This document shows, piece by piece, positions 1 through 8,517 of a DNA stretch of 15,095 nucleotides. Position numbers and translations under genes: made by a program. The stretch comes from Candidatus Methylomirabilota bacterium (GTDB lineage: Bacteria; Methylomirabilota; Methylomirabilia; Rokubacteriales; CSP1-6). Numbering within the stretch: the stretch's first letter is position 1; the number at the start of each line of letters is the position of its first letter. The notes beneath the pieces were generated by a model that was not told where the DNA came from, did not search any database, and worked only from the letters and a program-made list of their open reading frames with translations. The stretch covers positions 1-15,095 of the forward strand of contig JBKPAK010000334.1 of NCBI GenBank assembly GCA_046726415.1, given 5' to 3'.

Positions 1-964
1 CCGAGTGGCGGACGCACTCAGAAATGACGAGCGGGCCTCCCGGCGCGAGCGCGCTGAAGATCTCGCGCAAGGTGAAGGCGAGATCGCGCGCGACGTGCAG
101 CGTGTTGACCGCGTAGACGACGGACAGGCTCCCCGGCCCGACCCCCTGCTCCCCGAACGGCAGATTCATGTCCAGGGACGCGAACCTCAGGAACGGGGCC
201 TCCGCAAAGCGGGCCTGCAGGACGTGCTGGCCACGTCGCAGAAACGCAGGAACGATCTCGGTGAACCGGTATTCCTCAATATCCGGCCATCGTCCCACGG
301 CCCGGAGGCGCTGGAGGAGGGCGGCGGCCGCGCTCCCCAGGCCGCCACCGAGCTCCAGGATGATCGCCAGGTTGGGGGGAAGCCATTCTTCGACCGCCAC
401 CGCGCCCACGAGGTTGTTGACGGCGTAAAGGCCGTTGTCGTTCGAGAAAAACTCCACCCACAGACGCAGCCGAGCCGGCGAGAACAAAATGGCCTCCCCG
501 GTACGCTCTCCGCGGAGGAAGGCCGGGTAGTCTTGGGCCACCGTTTCGGCCAGCGCGTACGAGGGAAGCCACGATGGATCCTCGTCCCGCTGCACGTCGC
601 GAATGGGCGCCGGGTCCAGATCGGACGGGTCATCGCGCAAGCGATAGCGGCGAGGCGTCTCGCCACGGTCGGTTGCCTGGAGAATTCCTCGCGCGGCGAG
701 CCGGCGCAGGATCCAGTCGATCGGCGTAAGCGCCCACGGCAGCTCCAGGCCCGCCCGCGCCGCCATGTGCTCGACCGTCCCGGGTTCGCGGGCCGCCGTC
801 GCGAGGCCGGTCGCGCGGAAGACCCGAAGGGTCAGCCGGTCGATGAACTCGTCGTACAGATCGCAGGAGCGGATGAACGAGGAGTCGAAGGCAGGGACGA
901 ACGGCACGGGAAGCGTCTGGGCCAGGATCCGCGCCGTCTCGGCGGCATCGGCCGGCGTGATCAC
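1..964 (-). CDS. Stand-alone class I SAM-dependent methyltransferase resembling PKS C-methyltransferase domains (Methyltransf_12-like); 3' end truncated by the window edge
   Basis: I translated this manually because it is not in the ORF track. The GTG at 964-962 overlaps the upstream TGA (GTGA), and the frame stays open for 321 codons to the edge: MITPADAAETARILAQTLP...YPAFLRGERTGEAILF...IILELGGGLGSAA...EYRFTEIVPAFLRRG...FASLDMNLPFGEQGVGPGSLSVVYAVNTLHVARDLAFTLREIFSALAPGGPLVISEC. The SAM motif I (LELGGGLG), YxFTE, LDxxxPxxxQG, NxLH and LxPGGxLxxxE match the PKS cMT pattern. Confidence 0.88.
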   Translation of the reverse strand, partial: MITPADAAETARILAQTLPVPFVPAFDSSFIRSCDLYDEFIDRLTLRVFRATGLATAAREPGTVEHMAARAGLELPWALTPIDWILRRLAARGILQATDRGETPRRYRLRDDPSDLDPAPIRDVQRDEDPSWLPSYALAETVAQDYPAFLRGERTGEAILFSPARLRLWVEFFSNDNGLYAVNNLVGAVAVEEWLPPNLAIILELGGGLGSAAAALLQRLRAVGRWPDIEEYRFTEIVPAFLRRGQHVLQARFAEAPFLRFASLDMNLPFGEQGVGPGSLSVVYAVNTLHVARDLAFTLREIFSALAPGGPLVISECVRHS

Positions 965-1854
965 GCCTCGAACGGGTTCCAGATGTCGAAGAAATTGAAC
1001 CACTGCGTCGGCCGCGCACGCGCGACGTCTTCCAGGATGGAGACCCAGTGGCGAAGGGCCTCTTCCTCACCGCCCGGTTTGACGACGAGTGGTTCCAGCA
1101 CGGTGACCTTGTAGCGATGGTCGACATCGAGAGTGCAGAAGGCGGGAACGACCGGGGCCCCCGAGGCGCGCGCCAGCCGGAACGGCCCCAGCGGAAATGG
1201 CGCGGGACGGCCGAAGAACGGCACCAGGATGTCGCCGCGGTTGCCCAGGGCGCGGTCGCCTTGGAGGGCCACCGCTTCGCCCCGGCGCAGCACCGCGATC
1301 AGCTCCAGCGAGATGGTCGGCGCCGAGCGCGGCACGAACCGTACGCCATCGCCGGCGCGGCGAAGCCACGTCTCTAGCGCCCGCGCTTCCTCGACGGCCA
1401 CCACCACGTGCGTCGGCCGGGCCGAGTTCCGAGCCAGCAAGCGCCCCGCGAGGTCCCAGTTGCCGACATGGGCGGTGAGCGAGATCACCGCGCCATCGAG
1501 TCGATGCAGATGCTCGACCCCGGACAGCGTCCCCACCCGGGCCAGACACCGCGCGGGCGATTCCCTCGTTGCCGAGATCAGGTCGCTGAAAAACATCGCG
1601 AACTCGCTGAAGACATCGGAGGTCAGCTGGTCGAGCCGTCGCTCCGTCGCGCCCGTCATGACCGCGACCGTCCGCCGCACCACTGCCCGCTCGCGCGGTA
1701 GGAATCGCTGGCCCACGCGCCCGGCCCACCGAGCCAGGCCCAGGCGTGCGGGACGGGGCAGCCACGCCAGCGCGGCGGCCAATCGATAGAGTTCGGCCCG
1801 GTTGTATGAGTGCATGTACCACGGCCAGCGGGAGCTCGCCACGCCCATAGGCAT
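961..1854 (-). CDS. Lysophospholipid acyltransferase family protein (LpxL/HtrB/PatA-like lipid acyltransferase), ~297 aa
   Basis: It has the catalytic H-x4-D motif (TAHVGNWD), a QGDR motif, VPFFGRPAPFPLGPFRLA and a C-terminal PTQWFNFFDIW. I placed the start at ATG 1854, behind an AAGGGGG RBS. The ORF-track start at 1998 overlaps the neighbouring gene. Confidence 0.88.
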   Translation of the reverse strand: MPMGVASSRWPWYMHSYNRAELYRLAAALAWLPRPARLGLARWAGRVGQRFLPRERAVVRRTVAVMTGATERRLDQLTSDVFSEFAMFFSDLISATRESPARCLARVGTLSGVEHLHRLDGAVISLTAHVGNWDLAGRLLARNSARPTHVVVAVEEARALETWLRRAGDGVRFVPRSAPTISLELIAVLRRGEAVALQGDRALGNRGDILVPFFGRPAPFPLGPFRLARASGAPVVPAFCTLDVDHRYKVTVLEPLVVKPGGEEEALRHWVSILEDVARARPTQWFNFFDIWNPFEA

Positions 1855-1919
1855 CTCGCCCCCTTTCGATCGCCCGGATTGCGCCGTGGAAGGTCGCTCC
1901 CTATCCGGATCAGTGCCGC

Positions 1920-2855
1920 TCAGTCCAGGATGAGCACGGCCTTGCCGGGAAAGCGCCGAGCCATCAGATCCTGAGCGACCTGACCAATCTCTGCCCATGG
2001 CCGTTCGACACTGATGTGGGGCGCGAGTTGCCCGGCCGCCACGAGGTCGGCGAGTCGCCGCAAGCCCACCGCCGCCGGTTCGCTCCCCAGTTCCGTGAAG
2101 AGGTAGAAGCCGTAGAGCGTGGTCCGCCCCGTGACGAAGAACTGCCGCGTGTCGAAGGTGACCTCCGCCGCGGCGGAAACGCCCAAGGTTACGCAGACGC
2201 CGCCGCGCTCGAGGGCGGCCAGCGCCGTGCCGAGCGTGCGCGCGCCCACGGACTCGATGACGAGGTCGTGCTTGGGCGCAGGCGGGATCTCTTCGCCGAC
2301 CACCACCTCGTGGGCGCCCAGCTGGCGGAGCGCCGGCACCTGATCGGTCCGCCGAGCGCTCGCGGTCACGTGAGCGCCGGCGAGCCGCGCCAGTTGCACG
2401 GCGAAGTCGCCCACGCCTCCGGTGGCGCCGGTGACGAGCACGCGGCGCCCGAGGAGGAGACCGCCTTTGGCGAGCGCATGCAGCGCGGTGAGCCCGGCCA
2501 CCGGCAAGGTGGCGGCCTGGGAGAACGTCACCTTGTCGGGCAACTCGGCAAGCGCGTGCGCGGGCACGGCCACTCGCTCGGCCCAGGCTCCTTCGGGAAG
2601 CATGCCGACCACCCGCGCTCCCAGGCGCGGGCCCGAGCCGTCCGCGGCCGCACGCTCGACCGCTCCGGCCAGATCCCAGCCGGGTCGCCAGCCGGCGGCG
2701 GCCATCCCCGCACGCCGAATCTCACCTCGGTTGAGCGAGACGGCCCGCACGCGTACGACGGCCTCGCCCCGGTCGGGGACGGGCTCCGGCACCGGGCGAA
2801 TGACGAGGCGACCCGGCGCTTCCGGATCGACGACGACGGCGCGATTGGTGCTCAC
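1920..2855 (-). CDS. MDR-family NAD(P)H-dependent oxidoreductase (quinone oxidoreductase / enoyl-reductase-like, MDR4-type; lacks the zinc-binding Cys cluster)
   Basis: 311 aa, with VSLNRGE, PGWDLAG, AATLPVAGLTAL, the Rossmann motif VLVTGATGGVG and a C-terminal GKAVL. GTG start with a GAGGGAGG RBS. Confidence 0.92.
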   Translation of the reverse strand: MSTNRAVVVDPEAPGRLVIRPVPEPVPDRGEAVVRVRAVSLNRGEIRRAGMAAAGWRPGWDLAGAVERAAADGSGPRLGARVVGMLPEGAWAERVAVPAHALAELPDKVTFSQAATLPVAGLTALHALAKGGLLLGRRVLVTGATGGVGDFAVQLARLAGAHVTASARRTDQVPALRQLGAHEVVVGEEIPPAPKHDLVIESVGARTLGTALAALERGGVCVTLGVSAAAEVTFDTRQFFVTGRTTLYGFYLFTELGSEPAAVGLRRLADLVAAGQLAPHISVERPWAEIGQVAQDLMARRFPGKAVLILD

Positions 2856-2980
2856 GGGTCCACCCTCCCTCAGGTCACCAGGACGCTACCTGCGTCGCGG
2901 ACCAGCCATGAAGGCTCATCGATCGACGCGGACGGTGACCAGGGTATCATTCGGCGCGGTCGGGGGCACGAGCGCGCGTT

Positions 2981-3721
2981 TCAGGTCGCGCGCTCGTACA
3001 CCGACACGTGACTGGCGCTGGCCGCCGAGAACGGTTCGCCGCTCCACCCCCCCCACCGGGTCCGAAGGCGGAGCCCGGCCAGACGCGCCATCAGATCCAA
3101 CTCGGACGGCCACGCATAGCGAAGCTCTACAGGATAGAGCTGGGCGCCCCGGTTCGACAGCAGCACCTGCTGCGACACCACCCGCTGGGCAACCCGGTCA
3201 TGCACGCTGGTTTCGAGGACCACCACGTCCGGGTCCACCGACAGCGCCTCGACCCGTTGTCCCCGATCAAATCGAGAGAGGTCAGGGACGAACGCCTCGA
3301 TGACGAACAGGCCTTCGTCCGTGAGATGGCGGGCGACGGCCTCGAAGCAGCCGACCTGAGCCTCCTGGGTGAGGAGCCCGAAGAAGGTATTGAAGACCAC
3401 GAACACCAGAGAGAAGCGGCCCTCACCGGGGATGCTCGCGAAGTCGCCGATCGCCACGGGGATCCGCTCCCCACCAGGCTTGGCCCTCAGCTTCGCGACC
3501 ATCGAGGGCGAGGCGTCGATGCCGTGAACCTCCAGGCCCCGCTGCGCAAGCGGCAACGCGATGCGCCCCGTCCCGATGCCCAGCTCCAGCACCGGCCCGC
3601 GCCCGGCGAGGCCCCCGAGAAACGCCACCACGGCGTCGGCGTTCTTCGGGACGCGGTGCCACTGGTCATACACGTCCGCGATTCGCTCGCCGTAGGTCGA
3701 GGCATCGTACTCCGGGCTCAC
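2981..3721 (-). CDS. Class I SAM-dependent methyltransferase (Methyltransf_25-like)
   Basis: 246 aa, with motif I VLELGIGTGR, HGIDAS, GDF, and FSLVFVVFNTF...HLTDEGLFVIE. Confidence 0.92.
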   Translation of the reverse strand: MSPEYDASTYGERIADVYDQWHRVPKNADAVVAFLGGLAGRGPVLELGIGTGRIALPLAQRGLEVHGIDASPSMVAKLRAKPGGERIPVAIGDFASIPGEGRFSLVFVVFNTFFGLLTQEAQVGCFEAVARHLTDEGLFVIEAFVPDLSRFDRGQRVEALSVDPDVVVLETSVHDRVAQRVVSQQVLLSNRGAQLYPVELRYAWPSELDLMARLAGLRLRTRWGGWSGEPFSAASASHVSVYERAT

Positions 3722-3754
3722 GCCGGACAGGTCAGCATACCTGTTTCGATGAAG

Positions 3755-4729
3755 TCAACGGGCCAGGGCCAGCTGCCGCCGCGCCCGCCGGAGGTCCAGC
3801 ACGGTGCCCAGGATGCCCTTCGGCAAGAAGATGATGAACAGCACGAGCAGGATGCCGTACACGAGGTTGTCCCACCCGACGGCGCGGGTGCCGAAGGAGA
3901 TGCGCAGCACCTCGGCCATCAGGATGGTGATCACCGCGCCTACCGTGGGGCCGAACGATACGTAGATGCCGCCCACGACCACCGCGAAGACCATCTGGAG
4001 AGAGACGGAGATGCCGCTCACGGTGTCCGGCGAGATGAACATCTGGTATTGGCAGTAGAGCGCGCCGGCCAGCGCCGTGAGCATTGCGCTCAGCACGGTG
4101 ATCTTGAGCTTCTCCGCGGTCACGTGGACGCCGGCCGCCGCCGCTCCATCCTCGTCTTCCGAAATCGCCTCGAGGGCGTAGCGGATCATGCTGCGGTCGA
4201 TCAGATGCCAGACGTAGAGTCCGGCGGCCCACACGGCCAGGGCGATCAGGTACCACGTCGTCTTCCCGGTGAATTGCAGGGCGTAGATCGAGCTGGCCCC
4301 CTGGTACCGCTCCGGCGTGTAGCCCAGCGAGCCCCCCGTGTAGTCACGGGTGGCGGTGATCACCTGGAGGACGATGCCGCTCAACGCCAGGGTCACCAGC
4401 GCGAAGTAGTGGCCCACGATGCGAAAGCGAAAGCACGGATACGCCACCACCACCGCCAGCAGGCCGCTGGCCACCAAGGCCACGGGAATGCCGATCCACG
4501 GCGTGACCTTGCCGTAGTTCCACAACAGGGCCGTCACGTAGGCGCCAATCCCCATGAACCCCCCGTGACCGAGGGAGGTCAGACCGAACCGCCCCATCAC
4601 CGACCAGGAGGTGTAGGCGAACGACCAGATCAGGATCATGATCAGGATGTGGAGCGGATAGGGGGCGTGGTAGACGAACGGTAAGGCCACCAGAATCGCC
4701 CCGGCGATCCAGGGAAGAGACCGCGTCAT
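3755..4729 (-). CDS. livM: Branched-chain amino acid-type ABC transporter permease (LivM family), 324 aa
   Basis: Hydrophobic, with GLTSLGHGGFMGIGAY, GHYFALVTLA, AISEDEDGAAAAGV and FLPKGI. The ATG at 4729 overlaps the livH stop (ATGA). Confidence 0.92.
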   Translation of the reverse strand: MTRSLPWIAGAILVALPFVYHAPYPLHILIMILIWSFAYTSWSVMGRFGLTSLGHGGFMGIGAYVTALLWNYGKVTPWIGIPVALVASGLLAVVVAYPCFRFRIVGHYFALVTLALSGIVLQVITATRDYTGGSLGYTPERYQGASSIYALQFTGKTTWYLIALAVWAAGLYVWHLIDRSMIRYALEAISEDEDGAAAAGVHVTAEKLKITVLSAMLTALAGALYCQYQMFISPDTVSGISVSLQMVFAVVVGGIYVSFGPTVGAVITILMAEVLRISFGTRAVGWDNLVYGILLVLFIIFLPKGILGTVLDLRRARRQLALAR

Positions 4730-5604
4730 GACCGCCGGGCCATCAGCCCCTCGGGCCGCAGGAACATCATGACGATGAAGAAGGCGAAGGCGAAGACGTA
4801 GCCCCATTCGAGGTCGAGGTAGAGCCCGCCCAGCGAGATGATCTCGGCGAACACGAAGGCGGCCACGAAACCGCCGATCAAGTTGCCGAGGCCGCCCAGC
4901 ACGCAGATCAGGAAGATGATCGGCCCGAACGACAGGCCCACGAACGGGTGGACGTCATACTGCAGCACCAGCAGGCAGGCGGCCAGTCCCGCCAGGGCTC
5001 CCCCCAGCGCCGAAGTGATGAGATAGATCCGGCGGCTGTCCACCCCCATCAGGGCCATGATCTGCCGGTCCTGGGCGATGGCGCGGATGGCCGCGCCCGT
5101 GTAGGTCCGGGTCAAGAACAGGTAGACCAGCACCATGCCGATCAGCGCCGTGGCGAAGGCCAGGAGGCGCGAGTAGCTGATGAACATCTCGGACAGCTTC
5201 AGCACGGGCAGCCGCAGGCCGAGGTTGCGGAACTCGATGCCAAACAAGATGGTGGCCGCGGACTGTAGGAAAAACAGGACGCCGCCGGTGGCCAGGAGCT
5301 GATTGATGGGGGCCGCCCCAAGGAGCGGGGCGATCACCAGGACATGCAGCAGCAGACCCAGGACGCCGAGGATGGCGATGCACATGGCCGCCGCCAGGAC
5401 AATCGGCACGTGGTACACGGTGTACAGGAAATACATTCCGTACATGCCGAGCATGATCAGCTCGGCGTAGCAGATCCAGACGACGTCGATGACGCCGAAG
5501 ATCAGATTGAGCCCGAGCGAAAGCAAGGCCAGCACGCCGCCCAGCAGGATGCCGTTGATCAGCGCTTCGAGCAGGAAGAGATCGAGGATGCCCACCCGGA
5601 TCAT
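4726..5604 (-). CDS. livH: Branched-chain amino acid-type ABC transporter permease (LivH family)
   Basis: 292 aa, with NGILLGGVLALLSLGLNLIFGV, TYTGAAIRAIAQD...MGVD, VLGGLGN and LRPEGL. Confidence 0.93.
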   Translation of the reverse strand: MIRVGILDLFLLEALINGILLGGVLALLSLGLNLIFGVIDVVWICYAELIMLGMYGMYFLYTVYHVPIVLAAAMCIAILGVLGLLLHVLVIAPLLGAAPINQLLATGGVLFFLQSAATILFGIEFRNLGLRLPVLKLSEMFISYSRLLAFATALIGMVLVYLFLTRTYTGAAIRAIAQDRQIMALMGVDSRRIYLITSALGGALAGLAACLLVLQYDVHPFVGLSFGPIIFLICVLGGLGNLIGGFVAAFVFAEIISLGGLYLDLEWGYVFAFAFFIVMMFLRPEGLMARRS

Positions 5605-5617
5605 GCCCCCTTTCGGT

Positions 5618-6322
5618 TCAGACGCCGAGATACGCTTCCCGGATGGTTTCGCTGGCCGAGAGCTCGGTGGCGGTGCCGGCGGCGCGAATCCGGCCCGTCT
5701 TGAGCAGGTAGGCCCGGTCCACCACGCGCAGCACCTGCTGTACGTTCTGCTCGACGATGAGCACGGTGACGCCTCCGGCGCGAATGCGCTGCACCAGCTC
5801 GAACACCTGCTGCACGATGACCGGGGCCAGGCCGGCCGACGGCTCGTCCAGCAGGAGCAGCTTGGGCTCGGACATCAGGGCGCGGCCGATCGCGCACATC
5901 TGCTGTTCGCCGCCGGACATGGTGCCGGCGAACTGGTGGCGGCGCTCGCGCAGGCGCGGGAACAGCTCGTAGACGAAGTCGAGGCGCTGCCGGAACTTCG
6001 GCCGCGCCGCGGGCATGAAACCACCCATCTTGAGGTTGTCCTCGACGGTCATGCGCGGAAAGAGGCGACGGCTCTCCGGCACGTGGGCGATGCCGACTTT
6101 TACGATGCGGTGGGACGGCATGGCCACCAGGTCCACGCCCTCCATGACGATCGCGCCGCCGGTCGGCCGGATCAGGCCGGAGATGACCCGCATCAACGTG
6201 GTCTTGCCGGCGCCGTTGGGCCCGATCACCCCGACCGCCTCGCCGTGGCGCACTTCCAGCGAGACATCGAACAGGGCCTGGAACGTCCCGTAGCCGGCGC
6301 GGACGGAGTTCAGGGCGAGCAT
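5618..6322 (-). CDS. livF: ABC transporter ATP-binding protein (LivF family)
   Basis: Walker A GPNGAGKTT, HVPESRRLF, signature MSGGEQQ, Walker B LLLLDEPSAGLAP, VEQN and a C-terminal AYLG. Confidence 0.95.
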   Translation of the reverse strand: MLALNSVRAGYGTFQALFDVSLEVRHGEAVGVIGPNGAGKTTLMRVISGLIRPTGGAIVMEGVDLVAMPSHRIVKVGIAHVPESRRLFPRMTVEDNLKMGGFMPAARPKFRQRLDFVYELFPRLRERRHQFAGTMSGGEQQMCAIGRALMSEPKLLLLDEPSAGLAPVIVQQVFELVQRIRAGGVTVLIVEQNVQQVLRVVDRAYLLKTGRIRAAGTATELSASETIREAYLGV

Positions 6323-6344
6323 GCGCGCCGAGCGCGGAATGGGA

Positions 6345-7097
6345 TCAGGGGCGGGCCGCCGCAGCGGCGCGCATGGCCCCGGACTCGGTGCCCAGATAGA
6401 CCTCGATCACGCGCGGATCGATGGCCACCTGGGTGGGGAGGCCCTCGGCGATCTTCTCACCGTGATCGAGCACCATGACCCGATCCACCACCCGCATCAG
6501 GACGCCCATGATGTGCTCGACCCAGATGATGGTGATGCCGAGTTCCCTGCAGATCCGGCGCAGCACGTCGGCCGCTTGATCCATCTCGTGCTCGTCGAGG
6601 CCGCTCAGGCTCTCGTCGGCCAGGAGCAGCTTCGGCTCGGTGGCCAGGGCTTTTGCCAGCTCCAGCTTCTTCAGGGCCGCGGCGCCCAGTCCGTCGACCG
6701 TGCCCGTCCGATCGGTGGGCAGGCCGACCAGGTGAAGCGCGCGCTCGGCCGCCGCGAAGGCCTTGGCTCGAGAGTGTCGGCCTTGGCCGTAGAAGCCACA
6801 GAGCACCACGTTGTCGACGAGCGAGAGGCGGTGGAACGGCCGCGGAATCTGAAACGTACGACCGATCCCGAGATTGATGATCCGGTGCGGCGCCTGTCCG
6901 GCGATCTCGCGCCCCTCGAAGCGGATCGACCCGGCGTTCGGGGCCAAGGTCCCCGAGAGCATGTTGAAGATCGTGCTCTTGCCGGAACCATTGGGGCCGA
7001 TCAACCCGAGAACCTCGCCCGGGTTGACCTCGAACGATACGTTGTTGACGGCGGTGAAGCCGCCGAAGCGCTTGGTCAACCCTTCGACGGTCAGCAT
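6345..7097 (-). CDS. livG: ABC transporter ATP-binding protein (LivG family)
   Basis: KRFGGFTAV, Walker A GPNGSGKST, GRTFQ, LLLADE, WVEH and a C-terminal DPRVIEVYLG. Confidence 0.95.
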   Translation of the reverse strand: MLTVEGLTKRFGGFTAVNNVSFEVNPGEVLGLIGPNGSGKSTIFNMLSGTLAPNAGSIRFEGREIAGQAPHRIINLGIGRTFQIPRPFHRLSLVDNVVLCGFYGQGRHSRAKAFAAAERALHLVGLPTDRTGTVDGLGAAALKKLELAKALATEPKLLLADESLSGLDEHEMDQAADVLRRICRELGITIIWVEHIMGVLMRVVDRVMVLDHGEKIAEGLPTQVAIDPRVIEVYLGTESGAMRAAAAARP

Positions 7098-7156
7098 TCA
7101 ACGTCTGACGGAGCGAGCGCTCTCCGCAGGGAGCCGACCCCGCAGATTCCTGACCG

Positions 7157-8476
7157 TCACTGCGCCGCGTAGGGCGATGACGATGGGAGCGGAAGTACCG
7201 GCTCGCGGCGCTGCTGGGTCTGCGGCCACACGATGTGCGGCTTGTCGTCGATGTACTGCACGATGACCGGGAAGGCGCGCTCATTCTGGCCCGCCATGGG
7301 TGACCCCTCGCCCATGAACTTGACGCCGAAGCCGAGCATGGTGCCACCCTCCGGGAGATCGACCTCGAGGGCCGCCTTGCGCAGCGCGTCGGCGTCGATG
7401 CCGCCATGCTTCTTGATGGCGCGCGGAAGCACCTCGGTCATGAACACGTAGGTGTTGCTGGCCGCCATGCCGACGTGAGCCGACTTGACCACGGTTCCCG
7501 GACGGGCCTTCTCGTACTCGTCGCCGATCATCTTGATCATCGGTGGCAGCTCGGGCTTCAGGGCCTTCTCGTTGGCCAGCCAGATCGAGATGGGGTCGAC
7601 GTTGAAGAAGTAGTTCACGTCCTTGCCGAGCGACTCCTTCAACTTGTCGTAGACGCCGTAGCCCGCCCCGTGACCGATCAGCGCGCTGAAGCGCAGGCCC
7701 TGTTCGCGGGATTGGCGGAGGAACAGCGTGATGTCGGGGTTGTAGCCGGTGTGAAACACGACGTCGGGACGCGCGCGCTTCAGCTTGGTCACCAACGGCG
7801 AGAGGTCGGGAGCGGTGGCCGCGTATCCCTCCTTCAGCACGATGTTGAACCCGGCCTTCTTGGCCCCCTCCTCGTTGCCCTTCGACACGTCGACGCCGTA
7901 GGCGCCGTCTTCGTGGATGATGGCCACCCGCAGATCCTTGGGTTCCTTGCCGAGACGGGCCTTGGTGTTTTTGGCGATGAAATCGGCGGACATCAAGCCG
8001 AACTGACGGCCGCTCGGCTGCGACCGAAAGACGTACTTCAGGTTCCGATTCTCGAGCACCGCCGAGGAAATGCAGGTGGTGATCCACATGAACTTCTTGA
8101 GTTGCTCGACGCGGGCGGCCGCCGGCACGCATTCCGCCGAGGAGTAGAAGCCGAGCAGCATGTCGACCTTCTCCTGCTCGATCAGGCGAACCGCCTCGTT
8201 GATGGCGATCTCGGGCTTGCTCTGAGCGTCGGCGTAGAGCGCCTCGATCTGATAACCCTCGACGCCGCCCTTCTTGATGAAGTGGTCGATCATGATCTTC
8301 GCGCCGAGGGCATGCAACTCGGAGCCGCCGCCCGCGAAGGGCCCGGTGTAGTCGTAGATCACCCCGATCTTGAGCTTCTTGCCCTGGGCCTGAACGTCCT
8401 GCGCGATCGACGCGCCCAACACGAGCGTGGCCGCAATGAGCGCACACGCGAACCGGCGTGGTCCCTGCAGGAACAT
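7157..8476 (-). CDS. HAAT/Liv-family ABC transporter substrate-binding protein (periplasmic binding protein type 1); ligand unknown
   Basis: 439 aa, with an N-terminal signal peptide (RRFACALIAATLVLGASIAQDVQA), KIGVIYDYTGPFAGGG, ADAQSKP and IIHEDGAYG. It has a GGGAGG RBS and is the first gene of the liv-type operon. Confidence 0.93.
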   Translation of the reverse strand: MFLQGPRRFACALIAATLVLGASIAQDVQAQGKKLKIGVIYDYTGPFAGGGSELHALGAKIMIDHFIKKGGVEGYQIEALYADAQSKPEIAINEAVRLIEQEKVDMLLGFYSSAECVPAAARVEQLKKFMWITTCISSAVLENRNLKYVFRSQPSGRQFGLMSADFIAKNTKARLGKEPKDLRVAIIHEDGAYGVDVSKGNEEGAKKAGFNIVLKEGYAATAPDLSPLVTKLKRARPDVVFHTGYNPDITLFLRQSREQGLRFSALIGHGAGYGVYDKLKESLGKDVNYFFNVDPISIWLANEKALKPELPPMIKMIGDEYEKARPGTVVKSAHVGMAASNTYVFMTEVLPRAIKKHGGIDADALRKAALEVDLPEGGTMLGFGVKFMGEGSPMAGQNERAFPVIVQYIDDKPHIVWPQTQQRREPVLPLPSSSPYAAQ

Positions 8477-8517
8477 GGCATCCTCCCGGACGACGGTGAT
8501 CGGTTCTGCGCGGGGCC

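Noticed and set aside
5..1114. 369-aa plus-strand ORF, and the other long ORFs opposite real genes (2016-3011, 3008-4684, 5489-6478, 6321-7172, 7406-9250, 8928-10034, 10683-12242, 12281-13531, 14077-15036)
   Set aside because: These are antisense shadows of genes with clear family motifs. They are expected at this GC content and show no recognisable domains.
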